DNA of 63,187 nt, the filler included, from Basidioascus undulatus (Eukaryota): NCBI GenBank assembly GCA_000826855.1. It is 8 parts of 8 records of this genome, joined end to end, with 100 filler letters (N's around TTAATTAATTAA, not from the genome) between each part and the next. Parts side by side here need not be neighbours in the genome. Positions count along the whole stretch, not along the records: positions 23,765 to 31,578 come from JTLS01001487.1; positions 31,679 to 39,487 come from JTLS01001488.1; 6 more parts are not named here. One strand, given 5' to 3'. The notes under the pieces are model-generated. The model had not been told where the DNA came from. It ran no database searches and saw only the letters and a list, made by a program, of their open reading frames with translations. The translations under genes and the position numbers were made by a program. Each line of letters starts with the position of its first letter. Within the stretch, counting starts at the first letter, position 1. Below, in pieces: positions 24,838 to 36,410 of the stretch.

Positions 24838-26116
24838 ATGCCTTCCATTCGTCATTCTCTTCTGGCGCTGGCCGCCGCCTCTGCCTTCACCGTCCCCCTT
24901 GTCCGCGCCGACGGCTTTATCAACCGCATCGAGGCCGACGGTGTTGGGTATGACGGCTACGACGCTTGGCACGACGCTGAGCTGCGTGATGGAGTACGCA
25001 AAATTGTGCGGGCGAAGGAAACCACCTACCCTGGTACGTGCTTTTACCTGGAGCGGGGTAAGCGAACGTGCAGAGGTATTGATCTTTCCAGCACACAGTG
25101 TCGAACCTGCGTAGCCAGGACATGAACTGCGGGTTGGGGAACGGCGACTCTCCGGCTGCGCTGGTCGCGGACGTGACTGCCGGCTCCAACATCACTGTTC
25201 AATGGGGTCCGGCAATGGGCAACTTTACTTACCCCGACGATGAGGTGCGTCTTCTTCTTCTCCTCCCGGCATTGTTTTTCCATTTACAGACGTCTGTCTC
25301 AGGATGGCCCCATAATGATGTGTCCGTCTGCTCTACCACTATGAGTATACATCACTACCCCTGCGAGGCTGACATGTTGTTGATGAATTAGATGCTGCTG
25401 ACTGTCACGGTGACTGCACGACATTCACGCCGTCTGGCGCGACGTGGGTCAAGCTGTACGACGTTGGTTTGCTGCCCGATGGTCAGTTCGCCAACACTAA
25501 GCTCGTGAACGGATCTTGGTCGTGAGTCTCCTTTTCTTCCTTGTTCTCCATGCTCTGCAGCTGAGCGATGGTCAATTCTTTGCGCCGTACAGCTTCCCCG
25601 TGCCCGATTCCCTCGCACCCGGTCAATACCTCTTCCAATTCACCATCCTTGGCCTCAACATTGCCAACATTCCTCACTTCTACCCTCAAGTACGTCTTTC
25701 ATAGTCCCCTTTGTTGTCTCCACGGTGACGTTTATCCGTTCCGTCTGCCGGTGCCAGTGTGCTCAATTCAACGTCCTCGGGGGCGGATCCACTAACATCA
25801 CTTCTCTTCCTCTGGTCGACATGACCGAGGTGTACCTCAACGCGAACGGCGTGTACGTCGACTTGTGGAACGTACAGGAGCACATCGACACCGGGAAGTG
25901 GAGCACCGTATGTTTCCTTTCAGCCCCTACCGACTTCCTTCCTCTCAGACTGAACGTCGCTGTTCTCCGCAGTACGACATTCCCGGACCGGCCATTCTCG
26001 ACGCTCTCCTTAAGTCTGGGGCCGCGTCCGCGTCCGCCCCTGCCGCGCCCGCCGCTAAGAACTACTGGGTCTCTGCAGCCTCCGCGTGGAGCAACCGCGT
26101 CCGCCGGTGGGATTGA
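24838..26116 (+). CDS. Secreted AA9 (GH61) LPMO-fold protein lacking the histidine brace
   Basis: Signal peptide ending VRA, then DGFINRI. AA9 framework: PVSNLRSQDMNC, VTAGSNITVQW, GPIMMYAADCHGDCTTF, WVKL, VPDSLAPGQYLF, HFYPQCAQFNVLGGG, YDIPGP. It splices to an uninterrupted ORF over 7 exons. Confidence 0.85.
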
Positions 26117-26394
26117 TCGTGATGCTCCGTTCTTTCGTTGTTCTTCCTTCCCCTTCGTTTTCCTATCAGTATTTCGCCCTTATTTCGCAGCAGCGCTGCC
26201 GGAGATGTGGGGATGAGTCTCGTCACGGCACAGCATACCTTGTTATCTTTCATGTCGGAGCGACCGGAACTCGTCTATGCATTTATGGACCCGCATTTTT
26301 ATGACGTATTAATTGCATGGGCACTGAAAGTGAAGTGCAAAAGATCTAGAGGCCGGATGCTGAGATCGCGAAAGACGATCGACAAGAGCAGCCA

Positions 26395-26632
26395 GCGAGC
26401 GAGACGATTGCGGCAGAGGGAACATGCGTGCATTCAGACCCAGCAGACGAGCGAAATGAAAAGGTGAAGGTGTGGCGGTTCAAAAAAGCAAAAAGGCAGG
26501 AGAAGGGATGTTGCGGCGGGTATACATCACAGGAGAAATCAAGCACAAAGGGAGAAGTGGCTAAGTGGTGTGGTAGAGGTGTGAAAGAACGAGGGATGGA
26601 CGAAGGGGCGGCGGAGAGGCAAGGTGTCTAGG
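26395..26632 (-). repeat. PDB1 3'UTR, partner arm of the inverted repeat
   Basis: See 23765-24002. Confidence 0.92.
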
Positions 26633-28616
26633 AGCGGTAGAGCGCACGCTTGGCGACCTTGGTCACGACGCCGGTGTCCGGGAAGGAGAAGTCCTCCATG
26701 TTCTTGGCGTACTATGTAGGCACGAGGGCAGGGTGCGTCAGTAGGTGTTGGCTGATGTGCGACGTGATGAGGGAAAGGGGAAGGGCACGCACGGGCGTCG
26801 GGAGGTCGGCACCGGTAACACGCTCGATCGGCGCGTCAAGGTAGTCCCACGCGTCGGACTCTGCGGAAAATTGACGGGATGTCAACGGCGTGCGTCCCGA
26901 ACCGAGCATGTAGACGAGCCAAAGTACATACCGACGATCTGAGCGCAAATCTCGGAACCAACACCGAACATCGGGAAGCCACCCTCAACGGTCACCAGAC
27001 TGTTTTCCAATCGCGCCCGTCCCCTCTATCAGCTCCGCTGCCCAACCAAACGCAACTAGCAAAGGGACTGCCCACGCACCGGTTCGTCTTCTTGACGGAT
27101 TTGATGATGGTCTCGATGTCGAGCGGGCGGATGGAGCGGAGGTTGATGACCTCGGCCTCGACGCCCTCCTCCTTCTTGAGGATCTCGGCGGCCTCGAGCG
27201 AGTGCTGGACCATCTTGGAGTGCGCGACGAGCGTGATGTCCTTGCCCTCGCGCTCGACCTTGGCCTTGCCGATGGGGAGCAAGAACTCGTCCGACATTGC
27301 CTCGGCCGACATCGGGAACGAGACACCATACATGATCTCGTTCTCGAGGAAGACGACGGGGTTGGGGTCGCGGATGGCGGCCTGTCAGGGGAGGCAAATA
27401 GGTTCAGAGGGTGACATGCAATACAAATGTGGATATGATGAGAAGCACACCTTCAGCAGACCCTTGCAGTCCTCAGCAGAGTAGGGCGAGATGACCTTCA
27501 GACCAGGGACGGAGCCGTACCACGCCGCGTAGTCCTGGGAGTGCTGCGCGGCGACACCGGCGGCGGCACCGTTGGGGCCACGGAAGACGATGGGACAGGG
27601 GACGTTACCACCGGACATCTGTTCCGCGGCGCTCTCAAAAATATCAGTACACCCTTCTCACTCCAACCCGAGCCAAACGCACGTAGTAGGTCTTGCCGCC
27701 AGAGTTGACGATCTGGTCGATGGCCTGCACTCCCCGCATCGTTTGTCAGCAAAGACGCCGGTGAATCTGGGGAAAAGGAACTGGGGCCAACGCACCTGCA
27801 TGGCAAAGTTCCAGGTCATGAACTCGCAAATGGGCCGGAGGCCGGCGAGGGCCGCGCCGACGGCGAGACCGGCGAAGCCAGACTCGGTGATGGGCGTGTC
27901 GACGACGCGCTTCTCGCCGAACTTGTCCAGCAGGCCCTTGGTGACCTGTTTGTGTGTGTCCAAGGATCATGATCAGTTCCGCGCCGCAAGGAACGGAGGG
28001 AAGGGGGTAGCGAGGGGAGAAGGGAGAAAGGAGACAGGACAGACCTTGTAGGCACCGTTGTAGCGCGCAACCTCCTCGCCCATGATGAAGACGGTTTCGT
28101 CCCGAAGCATCTCCTCCTCCATCGCGGCGTTCAGGGCCTCACGGACGGTCATCTGCCGTGAGAGGGGGAGGAGCATGTGTCAGCAGGGCGAGATGAGAAG
28201 ACGCTAGGCCATCTTGCGAGAGACCGTGTAGATTTCCCAGTTTTGGAGCAGCATTTTTATGCGCATACACGCAAGCAGCACCATACCATGGTGCCCAAAC
28301 CTCCAAAAAGCGAGAACCATCCCATCCGACCGTCTTCTTCCTACGCCTTGCGCGTCTTCCCCTAACGCCTTCGTTCCCAACCTCGTCTTTTCCCCACATA
28401 GTCCTCCAACTGCTTCCCAACACGCGTTGTTCCCCACTCCATTTGTGGAATACAAGCCCAACTCACCGTGTGCTGTCCCTGCTCGCTCGCCCAGCGCTTC
28501 TGCGCGGGGACACCAGCGAGCCTAGACGGGGTCGCCAGGGGCGCAACGGTGCGCGCGATGGCGGCGCGGGAGAGCGCGCGCGCGGCGGGGGTCGCGAGGC
28601 GGGAGAGGGGGGCCAT
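26628..28616 (-). CDS. PDB1: Pyruvate dehydrogenase E1 beta subunit, mitochondrial
   Basis: Presequence [15 protein letters not shown], then [83 protein letters not shown]. Confidence 0.97.
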
Positions 28617-29855
28617 GGCGTAACGATGGGCGGGGAGGGCGAGGGCGAGGAGGAGGATGAGAAGGCAAGCGGCGAAGACAGACCAGACAGCAGCGCGATT
28701 GCAGCACAAGCTGGGGCGGCACGCCGGCGGGCTGGGGACAGGCCGACCCCGCGTGGCAGGCGATAACTATCGATCTGTACTCTACATTTTTACTACGCTT
28801 CTGGCACACGGCCGGCCGCGGACTCCAGCTGTTTTTTTTTCACTTTTTTCACTCACGCACTGTACACTGCACTCGTGATAAGCATGCTCGATTGCTCTTT
28901 AACTACATATTCTGCAAAACCAGCATACAGATCGACATGCGATGAGTCTGCAACGACGATAACGGCACTCAGGCACGGCGCCGCCGAAAGTTCTCGCTGC
29001 TCGGCCCGGCCTGCCCAAAGTCAAGGAAGTCTTCACAACGGATGCCTGCATATTCCTCCTCCAGAGCACACAGCGCAACCGGAGTAGGCGGAAACGATTT
29101 ATAACCCTCCTTCGAATGTGGTTACAGCTCTCCGGCGAGGCATTGATACAAACTGAGGGGGAGATCTGTAGACATCGGTTAGGCACGGCGAGAGTGCACC
29201 GGTGCACGGACTGCCCCCGAGAAAGTCGTATGTACGCAGATGCAGGCAGACTTCTACATATATACTGTGAGGTCTTTATAAAAACAGACAATGAGCATCA
29301 AAGGTCGAGCGATGCGATAGGTCTGGAAGGCAAAGCCAACGAGGGACGGCTTACGAGCTCCTGATCGACCGACTTGCGTTGGCAGAGGAGCAAGCAATTC
29401 GAGCGACACACTCAAGCCTGAGTACCAAGATGAGCAGGTGAGCGACCGCTACTCCATCCACTGTCAATGAGTCAACGAGACCACGACCGCATCTGCAGGT
29501 GCAGCCGCGACATGCCGACGTGGGCACGGGGCGACTGCGCGACAGGACCAAGGAAAATGACCTTGTCATGCCCGAGAACGGGTTGGGGTCGAAAAGGTCA
29601 CATGTCGAAGTATGCCACGCACAGGCGCATGAGCGACATAGCAGAAAGGGCAGAATATTGAGATCAGCGATATCGAAAACCCGTGCGGGACGGGGTCGTG
29701 TAGAGACGAAGTCCCGGACGCGCGCGATGTCCCATCTAGTCCGCCCAACGTTCCCCAGGATACTCCTCTCAACCCCATCCCAGTAGCCCGAAATGAAAGT
29801 CCATGCGCGCTCAAGCTCGCCCCCCTGCTGCCTGGCCCGCACCGAGCGCCTCCCC

Positions 29856-30951
29856 TCACCAGAACCTCCACCAGAGGAGGACGAGGACGAGGAAGACGAT
29901 GGCGCCGACGGGGGCCCACTTGCGGATGAGCGCGTCGATGTTGACCTGCCGCGCGGTGCGCCGGTACTTGAGCGACTCGTCCCGTAGGGACGTGGAGAGG
30001 TGCGACATCCCTGGAATCGCCATGGTTGGTTATGTCAATGACTGATCTGGGAATAAGAAAGAAGGCAGGACGGGGCGGGATAGGAAGAGGGGGAGTGGAA
30101 AAGGGGAGGAGCGGGTGGGGAGGTGAAGGACGCACGGTCGAGCGAGTCCCCACGCCACAGCAAGTCCTCCATGTTCTTGGTCATGATGCGCGTCACGTCC
30201 TGCAGGTCCTCGTTGAGCTTGTCGAGGTGCCCGCCGCCCGCGCTCGCGCTGGCCGCCGCCGTGCGCGGATCCGCATACAGGCGGGTCGTCTTGTGGATGA
30301 AGGAGTCTGTTATGTCCCATACCATTCGACATGAGTTTTCCCGAATCGAAAGAGAGATAGAGAGAAAGGAGGAGGCAAGACGCACCGAAAGGCTGACACG
30401 CATACGGTCGCCGATACGAGCCCAGCTCCTTGCCATGCGAGCGATCAAACTCTTTGCTGAGCTCGTCGAGGTAGGAAAACGCGAGTTTTCGCGGGTAGGA
30501 GCGCTCGGCGATGCAGAGGTAGCACACGCCTTCGGAGATGAGGTAGCTGTTGTGCCATCGCTCTGGCTCAGTGCTGCAGAGGGGGGGATGGGGAGAGTGA
30601 GAAGGGGGTGGGGCGCACTGGAGAGTGTAGTTTCCTGATTCGATGGAGCAGCGGGGTTCGGAATTGGGCGAGAGGCGGCGGAGGACGAGCTTGGACTGCT
30701 GCTTCTGCTCTTTGAGGCTGCTCTCCGTCTGTGTCCCCAATCACCCCACAGGACCTTCTCAGCCTCCCATTCTATCCCCCTACGAACTTCGCCCCGACTG
30801 ACCGCCTCGTCGTCGATGGAAGCTACGAGCGGGAGGGCGTCTGCCCAGCCCGAGCCAGATCGATGTCAGTCCGGAGGCTCTGAGCTCCTGAGTGCGTGGA
30901 TGCTTTCGCGAGCGCACCGGATACGCGGGAGATGGATGTGGAGAGTGTCAT
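29856..30951 (-). CDS. SEC22: R-SNARE Sec22 (longin + SNARE + TM)
   Basis: DALPLVASIDDE, SEPRCSIESG, CIAERSYPRKLAFSYLDELSKEF, LDKLNEDLQDVTRIMTKNMEDLLWRGDSLD, C-terminal TM ending WWRFW*. Confidence 0.95.
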
Positions 30952-31215
30952 TCTGTCTGTCCGTCACTTCAAGAAGCACAAGGTCGTGCGGAAGATAGTT
31001 TAGAGTGATGATCGCCGTCGTTCAGCCTCGATGCTGGGCAGCGACACGCTGTCGCGGAACAGACGCGACTCACGTGTCCATCCGCGGATGCCCAGGCCCC
31101 GCACGCGGACCGGTCCTAATGAACGCCCGGGAGCCGGCGGAAGCATCGAGTTCGCAGTGCTTCAACTTGGTTCCCGACCATCACCACCCTCCCACACACG
31201 CATAGCAACACGATA

Positions 31216-31578
31216 ATGTCGACGACAGGCTCAGCGCTCGACGTGGAGCACCAGCTCGTGTTCTATGCGTCTTACCACTCCAACCCGACCAACGTGAGGA
31301 TCCACCAGGTCTTTGTCCCGCTCATCCTCTGGTCCGTTCACCTTCCTTCCAGCTTCCATTCCGAGTGGGCACACTGACAAATCGAACCAAAACCCCAGGT
31401 CATGGCAAGGCGTGCTCTCCCTCCTCCCGCCCATAGCCTCCACGCAGCTCCCCCTCGGGCTCCAGCTCGACTGGGCTCTCCTCTGGTCGATCGCCTACCA
31501 AGTCTACTACTTCCTCCTCGCACCCCTCCTCGCCACGCGCATCCCCTACGCCATCCACGTCCGCACCTATTCCAAGCC
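31216..31578 (+). CDS. MPO1: Mpo1-like (DUF962) ER membrane dioxygenase, 3'-truncated
   Basis: LDVEHQLVFYASYHSNPTNVRIHQVFVPLILW is the family N-terminal His motif, followed by the TM segment AYQVYYFLL. Confidence 0.8.
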
Positions 31579-31678
31579 NNNNNNNNNNNNNNNNNNNNNN
31601 NNNNNNNNNNNNNNNNNNNNNNTTAATTAATTAANNNNNNNNNNNNNNNNNNNNNNNNNNNNNNNNNNNNNNNNNNNN
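31579..31678. other. Artificial contig-joining linker
   Basis: N44-TTAATTAATTAA-N44. Confidence 0.99.
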
Positions 31679-34220
31679 CTCACCAATAGTGGCCGCGTGG
31701 AGGAAGATAGGGACACTCAGTAAGGTGCTGGCAACTCATGGCCAGTGGATCGAGACGAGTGCCCAGCTCGGCACCGACACCGGCTTCTTGCAATCGCTCG
31801 GTATCGACGCGGCCCCTTGGTCCTCAGACACACCTCTCCTCGCCCGGGACCTGGACTGGCCCGCGGAGGAGATTTTGATGAACGACACTCCACTGACGGC
31901 ACACAGCGGAGGGGTATCATACACGCACATGGGGGTATTGATGAAGCTGCAGTCCTTGAGGGACGGGTCAAGTGTCGATGTCTAAAACGCGGAAACTTCC
32001 CACGAACGCCCCACTTCCCTGGCTTGAGAGTGCAGCCCGTATCGCAGACGCGAGGGCGGAGTATAGCCCCGTCATCCCCGAAGGCTTGCCATTGAACTGA
32101 AGATTCCCGATCGGCGACACCCCGAGGTAGCTATAATCTGCGTCACCCGCCGATTGGCCAGATCTGACGAGGTGCCAGCCGCTCTTGCTAGCTGACTGTG
32201 TATCAAACGTGTACCCCGCGGGTAGGTAATGCGCGAGGATCTTAAGGCTGTCGCTATCCCTCGGGTCTCGCTGCCGCCTGTTCTATGATACAGCCTTTGG
32301 TAAGCTCTGCTACAGTAAAGATGCAGGGAAAGACGCACTCGTTACTTACTATACGCGACGAATTCGTAAGGGCGGGTGCTCAGCCAAGTTCCGTCACGGT
32401 GCGAGAGTACAGGAATTCCTCCCAAGTCCAGGGTAGACTATCACTAGCAGCCTATCACGCAGCTGTGGATCGCGGGCTGACGACGCGCCACTCGAATGAC
32501 ACGGTAATGTTCCTCAACATAGGAGGCTCTAAGCTCACCTGGCTCCTATACGAGGGGTACGACCCCGTCCTCTGCTACCTTGGTATCTTAGTTACCGAGT
32601 GTCCACACGCACCTCCAGTCGGACGAGACAGCCCCCAAGCCCTCAGCTATTACCCCTAACGCGCGGGCTATGGTGTTGAGATAGGGCTTTGAGGTGGGGT
32701 CGAGAGTAGAGAGGGGACTTTGACAATGGACCAAGTCGGGGTCCTCCGGTTGTGGACCTCGTAGTAGACCTCCGGTAGCGAGCTGCGCTCTCCTCTCATG
32801 GCTAAATGAGTAACTAGTGAGACGTCGGCCTCCAGAGGTAGTCATGGGAGGAGTGAGCACAGGCAGCTTACTGCTGCGATGCCACCTGCGTCATGGAACA
32901 ACTAGCGGATGAACTTGAGAGTATGCGAGTCCCTGACGAGCCGGGCAGTGTGGACGAGTCCATAAACAAGCTAGTGGGTACAGTCTCCAGATCGGCCACT
33001 ACTCACATGCTCCTCACCCGGCTGGTCCGTAACTCCGAGGTTATCAATCAGCACCTCCAGAACCTCATCGTACCTCAGCCGCACAAGATGACATGATGGG
33101 CAGAATGGTGGCTGCCATGTCCCGGATGGAGCAGCAGATGCATGACCTCACTGAAGCCATGCAGTCGCTCTCCTCCTCGCTGACTCTCTCGAGGTCGCCG
33201 GCCGAACAAGCGCCTAGCATTGGAGGCGCCAGTGCGCGCCTGTGTCTCGCACCGGACCCCGCGTCGTGGGAGCGTTCTTCGTCGAGCTTGTGGCCATAGT
33301 GCGCAACTATATGAGGAGCATCGGACAGGAGGTAAGTTATACATCGGATACAGACGAGAACGCAGTGGCAGCCATCATTCAGTCATCTCTTCATCGGTAG
33401 GGATAGCGAGAGCGGGGACCCTGGTGCACTGCACTAGGGCAGCTCGTCACTGCCATGGCGGGGGCGTCCTGCGATGCTTCGTGCAAGAACATCGAGCACT
33501 TTTTTGCGGGAGCGCATGGGGGCAGAGCGAGGGGTATCCTTGACTCCATGCACTGCTCTCTCGTGAAGTGCAAGGCGACGCTGAAACCCGAGTTCGGCGA
33601 CATCATTGCAGCGCTCGAGTCCCCGTGCGCAGAGGGTGAAGCGCCCAAGCCCAGGTTAGTCCCCAGGGCCCACCAGCACACTGCCCACGAGCTCGCGGTG
33701 TCGAAGCTGAAGCAGAACGACAAGAAAGCAGTCGCCAAGTCCCTCCTCTCGGGGTCGTCCCTAACGCAGGCCCTCGCTGCGGTCAACGAGCAGCCCATCA
33801 AAAAGCAGGCCAAGGTGAAGGATGAACGGATTTTAAATACCGGCCCTTAGATCCGTTCCTTGGAGATCCGTTCCCTAATAAATCCGGCGAGTGCGCTCTC
33901 GGTACTGGCATCGGTGAGGTACCCGATAGGGTTCTCCTCGGGCACGCCCTGCTTGTAGAGGGCCAGCATCTTGTCAGCCGCAGACCCCTTGGCGGTAGCG
34001 GAATTGTTGATGGCATAATCGACGCTCTTGAGAAGGTTAGCGGGGTCGCCCTGATGTATGGCAGGTGTCTCCTCTATGGCATCCCTCAGCACCTTGAGAC
34101 TGGGCATGTCGGACTCCTCTATGAGGCCTAGGCCCTGGCAGGCGGCGCGGCAATTCTGGTTTACCTTCCAGATGGTTAACCTCTTTATATTCTGGCTGAT
34201 GCGAAAGTCCTGCATCTTTC
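31679..34220. mobile_element. Virus/plasmid-like element, copy 2: ORF W(+, to 31985), ORF Y(-, 32845-31968, internally inverted), ORF X(+, 32893-33850, frameshifted), ORF Z(-, 34215-33847)
   Basis: Intronless ORFs on alternating strands with overlapping stop ends and a 47-nt divergent spacer. The central 1.6 kb is homologous to 17265-18864. The element runs off the contig start. No transposase, RT or terminal repeat is visible. Confidence 0.7.
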
Positions 34221-34325
34221 TACTTGCTGGCTAGTGCAAATTACCCTTTCAATCACGAATACATTGTAACGAATAAACACCATCGTCACCTCCCGATGTT
34301 CTGGCAACCGGCGCCAGTGAAAAGC

Positions 34326-34878
34326 TCAAAGTTGGATGGGCTGGAGGGACGCTCAACGTCAGCCAGCCGCTATCTCCCTGCGGTCCTTAGTCGAGTGCGT
34401 TACTTACAGAGCAGCCCAGGTTAATAAGTCCGTTCTGCGTCACATTCTCGCAGCAGACGGGGGCGTTGTTGCAAGTGCCTCCGAGCGCACCGCCAATGAC
34501 CGGCACCTTAGTCAAGACGGACATTATCAGCCTGACAGCCTAGAATGTTAAACCAATTGGCGGCTTTAGCTTACCTGAATGCAGTTCAGGCCGACCTGGC
34601 CAAGGATGCTGCCAACGTTAAGACCGAGGAGGCCGTCGAGGCCGCCGAATACATCGCCGGCGGAGTTGACCGTGTTGCTGGGGGGGGGAAAGTAAGGATG
34701 TCGACAATGAGGCCCAGTCCTATTCAAAGAAGGCAAACTTCTCGCACCAGCAAGAAACCTCCTCGGTGTTGCAACGGCCACCGTCGGCGCGCTTGAGGAA
34801 GTTGTTGGGCTCGGGAGTGGCGGAGACGGTCGCGGCGGCGGCGGCAACGGCAAGGACGGAGAAGACAGCGGTGCGCAT
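34326..34878 (-). CDS. Class I hydrophobin (hydrophobin A)
   Basis: Signal peptide and KR site, then an 8-Cys pattern after splicing: RCNTEEVSCC...[43 protein letters not shown]. Confidence 0.92.
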
Positions 34879-34989
34879 TATGGAAGAAGTGGGTATTGGG
34901 AGACGGGCGCAAGGAAGTATCAGTTGCGTGGAGTGGGAGTGAAGAACAAGTGAGGTGGTGATGGGGAATGATCTGCGCTGCCTGTGGGC

Positions 34990-35001
34990 GGGGGTTTTAT
35001 G
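34990..35001 (-). promoter_or_regulatory. TATA-like box of hydrophobin A (CATAAAACCCCC)
   Basis: Starts 123 nt upstream of the ATG and matches the box of hydrophobin B at 11 of 12 positions. Confidence 0.55.
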
Positions 35002-36287
35002 CACTTCGCAGCGCCGCTCAGAAGTCGCTCCGCCGGCAGTCTCGAGGTGGCCTGAGCCTTAGAATGGAAATGGCGGGTTGTTACAAAATCATAGCCACAG
35101 TAATCATGGAGTAGACCATGTGCGCCTTCGAAAGTCTCGTCCAACTCGTCGATCTCTCCAAGCGTCGATCCACTGCGTTGACTTTCAAGCTTGTCAGCGA
35201 AGTGCGAATGGCGGTACAGCCTCTTTAGCCACTGATGTTCGAGCATACAGGGGTGTTTTACTTTTATTGCGGAGTGGCCCGGTGAAGATCGGCAGAGGAT
35301 GGTAGGAATGCTCTAAGAGGTGGCAAGACGCGATTGAAGTGCAGTCTAGCGAGCACCTAGTCACTCCTCGTTTGGCTCTCACTTCATTTCTCAATTAGGG
35401 TGCCTTTCCGATGCTGTCTATCTTGACTAGCAAGCCGATCATTTCAACGTAAATCTGGATGAAGGCGCACCTTTGTGGACGTTCAGTCTGCCGCTTGTGC
35501 TGGACGGGTCAGCCACCGGCCGCTCCGCTGCTCCGTTGCACTGAACGTGCCGACCCTGCAGGTAATCCCCAGCCATGAAAGGCCACACTCATAAATATGC
35601 GTCCAGGGACTTAGTTTTGCTGAAAGCTCAGAGTAAAAGAAACCTCCGAACTTCTTCTTAGACCGCGTTGGAAGACAGTGGTCACGAATGAAAGCAGGCT
35701 CTCGATAAACCCACTCCTGCGATCCCAATTACCCAAGCTTTGGCCGGCCGCAACTGTGTGCGGAATGAAGGTCTTCTTAGAATTATTACAACCAAGTCCG
35801 CCATTCATGGTCCGCGCTGCAGCCTTCTACGACATCGGGAGTACAAGTCCTGCACATGCGCTCTCGCAAACTTATTGTAGCCTGACGGGACCTAGAGCAT
35901 GAAGGACTTTCAGAGTTTGAGAATCTCAGTTCAAAGCAGATGGCAAACGGCCCACAGCGTTGAAGTCGCTTTTCATCAATGTTCGATAAGCTGCCCCCCC
36001 TCGTAGATCAATAGGTGGCTCAGGTTCCTGAAAAGATGTTTCTAAAATATGCTTATGCCTCAAATCCGGAATCGCATTCTTTGCATATAGAGGCATACAG
36101 CAGCGCAGGTGGCCGTGGTGCTACGCTAGAAGTGGAGCAGACACGCTCGTCTCGCCTCCCCAAGCTATCCTTCGTCTCCATGCTCCATCTCTACTGAGGA
36201 AGCCCACGACTCTTGATCATGAAATCAGTCTTTGTAATCTCTGCACGGCGCCACAGACAAGTTCTGGGGGTGGAGCGGTACCAGGCC

Positions 36288-36299
36288 TATAAAACCCCC
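36288..36299 (+). promoter_or_regulatory. TATA box of hydrophobin B (TATAAAACCCCC)
   Basis: Starts 123 nt upstream of the ATG at 36411. Confidence 0.6.
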
Positions 36300-36410
36300 T
36301 CTACATGTCCAGTTCGAACTCCCCACCAACACGCATCCAACGTCTTCCCAGCCCCCCCCGCCTTGCTCTCCGCTCCAGATCCCACCTAACCCACCTTCCC
36401 TATTCTCAAC

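Noticed and set aside
25290..25320. Alternative reading TSVSGWPHND, which resembles the WPHNxGP second-His motif of some AA9s
   Set aside because: That frame has no following GP or Tyr and cannot be spliced in frame to the next exon. The DGPIMMY frame joins both neighbours with GT-AG introns. RNA-seq should still confirm this.
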